Origin: Acidobacteriota bacterium
GTDB taxonomy: Bacteria; Acidobacteriota; Vicinamibacteria; Vicinamibacterales; 2-12-FULL-66-21
Length of the DNA stretch: 64,000 nt
Direction of reading: 5' to 3'
NCBI GenBank assembly: GCA_003222675.1
Contig: QHWT01000072.1
Span: forward strand, 29,110-93,109
Of this stretch, positions 57,689 through 64,000 are shown piece after piece. Position numbers and translations under genes: made by a program. The number at the start of each line of letters is the position of its first letter. Within the stretch, counting starts at the first letter, position 1. The notes under the pieces are model-generated. The model saw only the letters and a program-made list of their open reading frames with translations. It made no database searches and was not told the origin of the DNA.

Positions 57689-58347
57689 TCACAGGTTCGA
57701 GTGCTTCATATACATGCAGCCGGCCGGGACGCCGCGTCCGCAGCGCACGAGCGTCAGCGGCCGGCCTTCGACGTGGGGAAGCATGGCGCTCGTCACGCGA
57801 TCGTAGTAGCGGACCAGGTCTAGCTTCGTGAGCGGCGGACGCTCGAACATGATGCGGTCGGCGTTGCTGATCTGCACGCCGCGCACCACGATGCCCGTTC
57901 CGCCTCCGGGAGGGGTCGTCTTCGATCCGCTCGCGGGCAGCGGCGTCTCCGCGGGGCGCTCGCGGATCCCGCTCTTCGGATCGCGATCGCGGCGCAAGCC
58001 CTGAAAGGATGGATACCGAATCTTGCCCTCATCCGTCCACTCGGTGAAGACGGCTTCTGCCACCAGCGCCGGTCGCACCAGTGCGCGTGGCGCCCCAGCC
58101 AGCCGGATGGAGGCGGTGAGAAGGGACACTCCTTGGTTTCCATCGCGTTCACTGCCGTGCGGAGCTCACGCGCGGCAGCCGCGGTGAAACCCGTTCCGAC
58201 CTTTCCGGCGAAGACCAGACGATCGGCGTCGAAGTAGCCGACCAGCAGCCCGACCGGCAGGAAGGTCCAGAACCCGCCGAGACGGACGCCATAGACAACC
58301 GCGACCGGCAATAGAAACCCAAGCAGATGCGGCAGCGCCTGGACCAT
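57689..58347 (-). pseudogene. ligD: remnant of an ATP-dependent DNA ligase LigD (end of the ligase OB domain plus start of the polymerase domain), frameshifted and truncated at both ends
   Basis: The first frame reads LLVGYFDADRLVFAGKVGTGFTAAAARELRTAVNAMETKECPFSPP...GRHAHW. The second frame reads VRPALVAEAVFTEWTDEGKIRYPSFQGLRRDRDP...VQISNADRIMFERPPLTKLDLVRYYDRVTSAMLPHVEGRPLTLVRCGRG...MKHSNL-stop. Confidence 0.65.
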
Positions 58348-58348
58348 T

Positions 58349-58399
58349 GGGGTCAGATCTCAATTTTCGATCGGAACTGAAAAATCGAGATCTGACCCC
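58349..58399. repeat. hairpin MITE-like unit, copy 1 (GGGGTCAGATCTC...GAGATCTGACCCC)
   Basis: It has a 13-bp perfect stem and a loop region rich in ATTTTCGAT. Confidence 0.8.
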
Positions 58400-58446
58400 A
58401 ACCGGAGGTGCCGGTCAACCGCTATCTGTGCCGGCGCAGAACATCT

Positions 58447-58494
58447 GGGGTCAGGATCTCGATTTTTCGATAATGGAAAATCGAGATCTGACCC
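58447..58494. repeat. hairpin MITE-like unit, copy 2 (GGGGTCAGGATCTCGATTTTTCGATAATGGAAAATCGAGATCTGACCC)
   Basis: It is a near-identical palindromic unit lying 47 nt downstream of copy 1. Confidence 0.8.
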
Positions 58495-58548
58495 GGAGGG
58501 CGCCCGGAACACGGCCTGAATCCTGCTTCAGAAACGGCCGATCGCCGA

Positions 58549-58988
58549 ATGAGGATCAGAAGAGGAGGACTTGTGCAACTGACGCGGATGGTGGGAGTGC
58601 TCGCGATAACGGGGACGCTTGCGATCGTCGGAGGGTGCAGCAAATCGAAAAGTGAAGTGCCCTCCGAGACGCAGGTGGCGGGCGATGTTCGAACACCGGG
58701 CGTGCCCATGACGGTTGCAGGATGCTTGCGCGCCGGGGAGGCGTCAGACACGTACGTGCTCACGCAGGACGCGTCCAACACCGGCGTGGCGCAGACGGCG
58801 AACTATCAGCTCGTCGGGGCGTGCTCGCGACACAGCAGGAGATCGCCACCCGGTCGACACCGACGCAACAGGACAAGGCGACCGGCACCGCCGGGAAGCC
58901 GACCGTGCAGACCGAGACCCAAATTGACATGCGGACGCTGCAGGTCAACTCCGTCAACCCGCAGGGCGGCAAATGTGAGATGAAGTAG
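58549..58988 (+). pseudogene. small lipoprotein, apparent 1-nt frameshift near 58812 in a G-run
   Basis: The lipobox is LAIVGGCSKS, followed by ...TVAGCLRAGEASDTYVLTQDASNTGVAQTANYQLVGA in frame 1. Frame 2 (ORF 58722..58988) carries the plausible C-terminus ...QQDKATGTAGKPTVQTETQIDMRTLQVNSVNPQGGKCEMK. Confidence 0.5.
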
Positions 58989-59088
58989 GACTCAGGACTT
59001 ACGACTCAGAACTCAGGGTGGCTCAAGGCTTAAGTCGGCCCAAGGCATGACCCACCTCGAGCCCTGAGTCATGCGCGTCTTTCAGATT
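58989..59088. repeat. CTCAGG/TGAGTC-word palindromic REP element between convergent genes
   Basis: It contains GGACTCAGGACTTACGACTCAGAACTCAGGGTGG...CCACCTCGAGCCCTGAGTC. Confidence 0.55.
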
Positions 59089-59985
59089 TCAGGACTCTTC
59101 GCGTGACTCCGCGCGCTCTTCGGAGCGCTCGTCCCACACATCGGACTCGGCGATGGTGCGGATGGCCGGGAGGTTGCGCGCCTGCCGGATCAACTCACCG
59201 CGAGGATCGGAGAACCCCCACTCGCGGACGTCGATTGCGAAACTGAACCGCGAGATGAGTGTGCCGCGCGTGACGTCGGCATCCTCGTCGTCGCGGCTCG
59301 CGTCGGCGCGCGCCTGTTCGATCAGCCGTTCCATCACCCACGCCGGCACGTGACTGCGATAGCCCGGATACACGTAACTGAACGTTTGAAGCTGCGCCAG
59401 CAGCAGCGGCCAGTGCGGTCCGACGCGGCCGACGAGGCGCTCCCAATCGAGGATATCGCCGACGCACAGGATCAAGTGAAGAATGTCGGCGACGTCGTGT
59501 CGATGGCGCTCGCTGATGAACAGCCGGTGCCAGATGAGCTCTTCCGGCGGCGCGATGCGCACAGGCTGTGCTGCGATGACGCCCGGACGGCTGTGATTGA
59601 GCCACCCCTCATCGATCACCGACACGCCGTTGCCCATGCCGTAGATCAAGTCGACGAACCGTTCGCCGGCAACGGCCTTGGCGAGCCAATGCAGATCCTC
59701 GAGCCGCATCGTGAAGCCCGCGGCGTGCAGCGCGTGCGCGGCCGCCACGACGACGGACGGTTCGACGAAGAGATCGAGATCCTTGGTCTGCCGGTAGATG
59801 CCTGTATGTTCGTAAATCGCATAGGCGCCGGCCACGACATAAGGGACGCCGGCGTCGTTCAGCGCCTGCAGTGCGCGCCGGTAGACCTCGCGTTCCTCTT
59901 CCGGGATCCAGAAATCGCCGTGCGTAAGAGATTTCCGCTCTTCCGGGGACAGGCGCCGTGGACGGCGGCCTCGAATTGTGGGCAC
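59089..59985 (-). CDS. nucleotidyltransferase-fold hypothetical protein
   Basis: This is the ORF 59089..60189 trimmed to the GTG at 59985. It shows VPYVVAGAYAIYEHTGIYRQTKDLDLFV (an NTase-like G-x-x and DxD context). Confidence 0.6.
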   Translation of the reverse strand: MPTIRGRRPRRLSPEERKSLTHGDFWIPEEEREVYRRALQALNDAGVPYVVAGAYAIYEHTGIYRQTKDLDLFVEPSVVVAAAHALHAAGFTMRLEDLHWLAKAVAGERFVDLIYGMGNGVSVIDEGWLNHSRPGVIAAQPVRIAPPEELIWHRLFISERHRHDVADILHLILCVGDILDWERLVGRVGPHWPLLLAQLQTFSYVYPGYRSHVPAWVMERLIEQARADASRDDEDADVTRGTLISRFSFAIDVREWGFSDPRGELIRQARNLPAIRTIAESDVWDERSEERAESREES

Positions 59986-60212
59986 GCAGGTTCTCTCCCC
60001 CGCAAGTTCAGCAACACGCGGGCCACATTTTGAGCCGATGGGTCGGGCAATGCGGGTTGCGGGACACAAGATGCGACTGAGAGCGGCGCCACGCCCGTGG
60101 CCGAGTTCACTCCGTTGCCCGGAATGGGATTCCGCAGCCCACACGCGCGGAACTGAATGCCGAAGTGGGTAAACCAAGTTGCTCGGCATTCCGTCTACAA
60201 TCCTTGGTGCTT

Positions 60213-62663
60213 ATGCTCGAGCCACTCCTTCGCGATCTGCGATACGCGGCGCGCATGCTCCGCAAGACGCCCGGCTTCACCGCCATCGCGCTCGTGACGC
60301 TCGCGGTCGGCATTGGTGTCAATACCGCGGTCTTCAGCGTCGTCAACGCGCTCCTGTTGAAGCCGCTTCCGTTCCCCGAGCCTGACCGCCTCGGCGCGGT
60401 CACCACGTTGTTCCGTTCGCCGCGAGGGCAAAGCGAACAGACCTCCGTCGACGGGAAGACATTCTTCGCGATTCACGACAATGCGACGACGGTTGCAACC
60501 GCGGTGTCATCCGGTGGACTTGGCGGTGGAATAAACCTCGTCGCAGGCGGCATGGCGGCCAACGTGGAGCAGCGCCGGGTCAGCGCGGGGTATTTTGGCG
60601 TTCTGGGTGTTGCGCCATTAGTCGGTCGCGAATTCACCGTGGATGAGGACCGCGAGGGAGGGCAGACCGCTGCCGTGCTCAGCCATGCGTTGTGGACGCG
60701 CGTATTCGGCGGCGATCCCAACATCATCGGCCGTGCGATCACGCTGCGGGGCGAGCCCTACACTGTTGTCGGCGTGATGCCGAATGGCTTCACGACGGGA
60801 GCGCCGACCGACGTGTGGACTCCCTTGCGTCCATCGACGAAAGGCGAAGGAGGTGGATCGAACTACGGAATGATTGCGCGGCTGCGCCAGGGAGCGACGT
60901 GGGAGCACGCGAATGCGGAGATCGCCCAGCTCGGTTCGGCGGCCGCCCGCGAGGGCTACAAACCTGACGTCACCGCGGTGTGCAGGTTGATTCCGCTTCA
61001 GCAGGATGAGACGTCGGAAATCCGCGAGCCGCTGCTCATGCTCTGGGGAGCGGTCGGCCTGGTGCTCCTCATCGCGTGCGTGAATCTCGCGGGACTGCTG
61101 CTGGCGCGCTCAGGCATGCGCACGCGCGAGATCGCGACGCGCATGGCCCTTGGCAGCGGACGTGGCGCGGTGGTCCGTCAGCTGCTCATCGAGAGCGGCA
61201 TGCTCGCTCTTGCCGGCGGTTCACTCGGCATCTCGGTCGGATGGGGCGTACTCGACGCGCTGAAGCGGCTCAGCACGAACGTGTTCCCAATCGGTTTCCC
61301 GATTCAGCTCGACGTACGCGTGCTCGCGGCGACGCTGATTATTGCGCTTGTCACGAGCGTGCTGTTCGGACTGGTGCCGGCGCTCCACGCGAGCCGCGTG
61401 AACGTCCAGAGCGCGCTCGCCGAATCGGGCACACGCGCGGTTGCGGGCGCCACGGCGCGCTGGCCGCGCCGGCTCCTCGTCGTCGGCGAGGTCGCGATGG
61501 GCGTCGTGCTGCTCGTCAGCGCGGGACTGCTCGTTCGTACTTTCGTGCACCTGCGCAGCCTCGATCCAGGCTTCGATCCTACGCACGTGATCACCGCATC
61601 GGTGTCGCTGCAGGACGCGCGTTACCAGGAAGTCACCAAGGTGGATCGGCTGTTTGGCGATACCTTGACGCGCATTCGCGAGGTGCCAGGCGTGCAGGCC
61701 GCGGGCGTTTCGCTCGGCCTTCCGTACACGCGGCTGCTGAATCTCGGGTTCCGACGGCTGGATGGGCCGCGCAGCGGTGACGAGGGGGGCATCACGAACC
61801 TGAGTTACATCACTCCGGGGTACATCGAAGCGCTGCGCATTCCCGTCCGCGAAGGCCGAAGCTTCACCGACCGGGATGCGGCAAGCGCGCCCGGAGTGGC
61901 GATCGTCAATGAAGAATTCGTGAAGAAGTACTACAAGGGACAGACCGTCGTCGGGCGGCGCATCAGTGTCGCGGGAGAGCGGGCGATCATCGGCATCGTG
62001 GGCAATGCGCGCGCGACCTCGTCGGGATTCTCCGATTACAGCCAGCCGCTCGTGACGCCACCTATCATTTATATTCCCGCGGCACAGACTACACCCGGAT
62101 TCCTGAAGCTCGTGCACACCTGGTTCTCTCCCTCATGGGTTGTTCGAGCGTCCGGCCCGTCGGAAACCGTGGCCGCGGCGATTCGGCAGTCGATGGCGAC
62201 CGTCGATCCGATGCTCCCTATTGCGCGGCTCGAAAGCATGTCGGACGTGCAGGCGGCCTCGCTCGCGTCGCAGCGTTTCATGATGGTGCTGGTGCTCGGT
62301 CTCGGCGGGGTCGCGCTGCTGCTCGCGGCAATCGGTATCCATGGGTTGATTGCGAGCTCGGTCTCCGAGCGCACACGAGAGCTCGGCATTCGTCTCGCGC
62401 TGGGCGCAACCACCGGCCAGGTCATGCGGACCGTCGTGCTGCCAGGCGTAGCCCTCGCGACGGCGGGGGTTGCGATCGGCAGCGTGGTCGCGTTCGCGGC
62501 CGTGCGGCTCATGCAGTCGTTTCTCTGGGGCGTCGCGCCTACGGATCCGATCACGTTTGGCGCGGTCATCGTCACGCTGCTGTCCGTCGCACTCATCGCG
62601 AGCGTGATTCCGGCGCTGCGCGTGCTGCGGCTGGATCCGGCCCTCACTCTGCGTGCGGAATGA
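60213..62663 (+). CDS. ADOP-family duplicated FtsX/MacB-type ABC transporter permease
   Basis: This is the ORF 60165..62663 trimmed to the ATG at 60213. It starts [60 protein letters not shown] and contains two MacB_PCD plus FtsX halves. Confidence 0.85.
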   Translation: MLEPLLRDLRYAARMLRKTPGFTAIALVTLAVGIGVNTAVFSVVNALLLKPLPFPEPDRLGAVTTLFRSPRGQSEQTSVDGKTFFAIHDNATTVATAVSSGGLGGGINLVAGGMAANVEQRRVSAGYFGVLGVAPLVGREFTVDEDREGGQTAAVLSHALWTRVFGGDPNIIGRAITLRGEPYTVVGVMPNGFTTGAPTDVWTPLRPSTKGEGGGSNYGMIARLRQGATWEHANAEIAQLGSAAAREGYKPDVTAVCRLIPLQQDETSEIREPLLMLWGAVGLVLLIACVNLAGLLLARSGMRTREIATRMALGSGRGAVVRQLLIESGMLALAGGSLGISVGWGVLDALKRLSTNVFPIGFPIQLDVRVLAATLIIALVTSVLFGLVPALHASRVNVQSALAESGTRAVAGATARWPRRLLVVGEVAMGVVLLVSAGLLVRTFVHLRSLDPGFDPTHVITASVSLQDARYQEVTKVDRLFGDTLTRIREVPGVQAAGVSLGLPYTRLLNLGFRRLDGPRSGDEGGITNLSYITPGYIEALRIPVREGRSFTDRDAASAPGVAIVNEEFVKKYYKGQTVVGRRISVAGERAIIGIVGNARATSSGFSDYSQPLVTPPIIYIPAAQTTPGFLKLVHTWFSPSWVVRASGPSETVAAAIRQSMATVDPMLPIARLESMSDVQAASLASQRFMMVLVLGLGGVALLLAAIGIHGLIASSVSERTRELGIRLALGATTGQVMRTVVLPGVALATAGVAIGSVVAFAAVRLMQSFLWGVAPTDPITFGAVIVTLLSVALIASVIPALRVLRLDPALTLRAE

Positions 62664-62777
62664 GGTTCTTCCGCCTAAAGGCGGAAGCCACGAGAGTGTC
62701 GGTCGGATCGCGTGGTGTCGGTCAGATCGTGTGGTGTCGATCAGAGCGTGTGGCTTCCGCCTTCAGGCGGGAAGGCA
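62664..62777. repeat. composite palindromic element with three tandem units of about 19 nt
   Basis: It has the CTTCCGCC-TAAA-GGCGGAAG hairpin, with GGCGGAAGCCAC pairing GTGGCTTCCGCC. The interior is GTGTCGGTCGGATCGC GTGGTGTCGGTCAGATCGT GTGGTGTCGATCAGAGCGT. A second hairpin is CTTCCGCC-TTCA-GGCGGGAAG. Confidence 0.7.
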
Positions 62778-64000
62778 TTACGGTTCTGCGCTCGCTGTCT
62801 CCACAGCCTGCAGGATGCCGCGCTGGATGTAGATGGGGCGGACGATAGTGCGCAGAGCGGGCAAGCGAGCAGCAAGCCACGCGCCGCTGAGCAGGCAGGC
62901 CACGCCGCCGATGGCAATCGTGGCCGCGGTGCCGATACGATCGGCGAGAAGACCGGCAAGCAGGCTTCCGATCGGGGCAGTACCGAGAAAAGCCATCGTG
63001 TAGAACGCCATCACGCGCCCGCGCATCTGATCGTCGACGAGCGTCTGCAGCACGGTGTTCGTCGCCGCCATCTGCACCATGAATCCGGCGCCCACGATAA
63101 CGAGGATCGCAAGCGCCACGGGCAGCTGCCGCGTAAAAGCGAAGGCCACGAGACCCGCCCCGAATGCCAGCGTCGCGTACATCATCACGCGGCCCAGCCC
63201 TATAATCGATTTCCGTCCCGCGAGGTAGAGTGCGCCGCCGAGCGCGCCGACCCCTGTCGCGCCCATCAGCAGTCCCAGCGTGTTAGGGCCGCCGTGCAGC
63301 ACGTTCGCGGCGATGACAGGCATCAGTACCGTATATGGCATTCCCATCGCGCTGACGATCGCGAGCACGATCAACGCCGTTCGGATCGGGACGGATCGGA
63401 CGACGTAATCAAAGCCACTGCGCAGCTCTGCGCGGAGGCGCGTGTCGCGTCTTAGCGCGGAACGCCGGACCCGCATCGCGAGCAGCGATCCGATGACGAA
63501 GAGGTACGACACCGCGTCGAGCATGAAGCACCAGCCTTCGCCGGCCGCGGCAATCAGCACTCCGCCTATCGAGGGGCCGACAATGCGGCTCGCGTTCACC
63601 ATCGAGGAATTGAGCGCGATAGCGTTTGCGAGATCGCTGCGATCCTCGACCATCTCGACGACGAAGGCCTGGCGCGCGGGCGTGTCGAACGCGTTGATGA
63701 TGCCCTGCAGAGTCTGCAGCGCTACGATGTCGCGCACGGTGACCCAGTGACCGAGCGTCAGCACGCCCAGGGCCAACGATTGCAGCAGCGACGAAACCTG
63801 CGTGATTACGAGGATGCGGCGGCGGTCCCACTGATCCACCAGCACGCCGGCAAACGGGGCAAAGACAAGTGTAGGAATCTGTCCGCAGAAGCCAACGACG
63901 CCGAGTAGCAGCTCGGACCCGGTGAGCCGATAGACGAGCCAGCTCGTCGCGATGCGCGTGATCCACGTGCCGACGAGCGAGATGCTCTGCCCACTGAAAA
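62778..64000 (-). CDS. MFS transporter (MFS_3 / EntS-like), 5' end outside the window
   Basis: ORF 62778..63845 is extended by my translation, which stays open to base 64000: FSGQSISLVGTWITRIATSWLVYRLTGSELLLGVVGFCGQIPTLVFAPFAGVLVDQWDRRR... Confidence 0.8.
   Translation of the reverse strand, partial: FSGQSISLVGTWITRIATSWLVYRLTGSELLLGVVGFCGQIPTLVFAPFAGVLVDQWDRRRILVITQVSSLLQSLALGVLTLGHWVTVRDIVALQTLQGIINAFDTPARQAFVVEMVEDRSDLANAIALNSSMVNASRIVGPSIGGVLIAAAGEGWCFMLDAVSYLFVIGSLLAMRVRRSALRRDTRLRAELRSGFDYVVRSVPIRTALIVLAIVSAMGMPYTVLMPVIAANVLHGGPNTLGLLMGATGVGALGGALYLAGRKSIIGLGRVMMYATLAFGAGLVAFAFTRQLPVALAILVIVGAGFMVQMAATNTVLQTLVDDQMRGRVMAFYTMAFLGTAPIGSLLAGLLADRIGTAATIAIGGVACLLSGAWLAARLPALRTIVRPIYIQRGILQAVETASAEP

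Overview
Visibly GC-rich chromosomal window with about 55 protein-coding genes or gene remnants. I found no rRNA, tRNA, CRISPR array, transposase, integrase or phage genes. The gene content points to Acidobacteriota (inference): an ADOP-type duplicated FtsX permease, a CarboxypepD_reg TonB-dependent receptor, PVC-type haem dehydrogenase-domain proteins, and bacillithiol redox genes ypdA and ytxJ.

Gene content, left to right:
- Sugar-oxidation and uptake cluster (1-14284): two haem/HEAT dehydrogenase-domain proteins, a TIM-barrel isomerase, a TonB receptor, two Gfo/Idh/MocA oxidoreductases, an MFS transporter and a PQQ-like propeller.
- AKR, epimerase and SDR genes.
- A thioredoxin-like gene next to divergent arsM and arsR.
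- A CPA2 antiporter, ypdA, an S8 protease with a hexapeptide tandem repeat, and an HD-GYP protein.
- A PQQ sugar dehydrogenase with a cytochrome c domain, a GT39 glycosyltransferase, and ftsB, cutA and dedA.
- A Cys/Met PLP enzyme, a HAMP-SpoIIE phosphatase, an amidohydrolase, rnc, an AAA ATPase, hutU, hutH and purA.
- A PilZ protein, a geranylgeranyl-reductase-like gene, a HAD hydrolase, a ROK kinase and ytxJ.
- A small cluster of unknown function with a chlorite-dismutase-family gene, an AKR, a LigD remnant, an NTase-fold gene, the ADOP permease and an MFS transporter.

Observations not explained by ordinary annotation:
1. A perfect 139-bp inverted repeat. One copy overwrites part of a Gfo/Idh/MocA gene in a length-preserving way, and the pair brackets an 855-bp segment that includes a GATC-dense spacer.
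2. A segment of about 83 bp that appears reverse-complemented in place inside a small redoxin-like gene.
3. An in-frame TGA at the first Cys of the CxxC motif of a thioredoxin-like gene, followed by a SECIS-like hairpin.
4. An unusually high number of genes broken by internal deletions or frameshifts.
5. Several families of palindromic REP/MITE-like intergenic elements, some of which are read into coding sequence.

All calls come from reading the sequence and the ORF track by eye. No searches were run.
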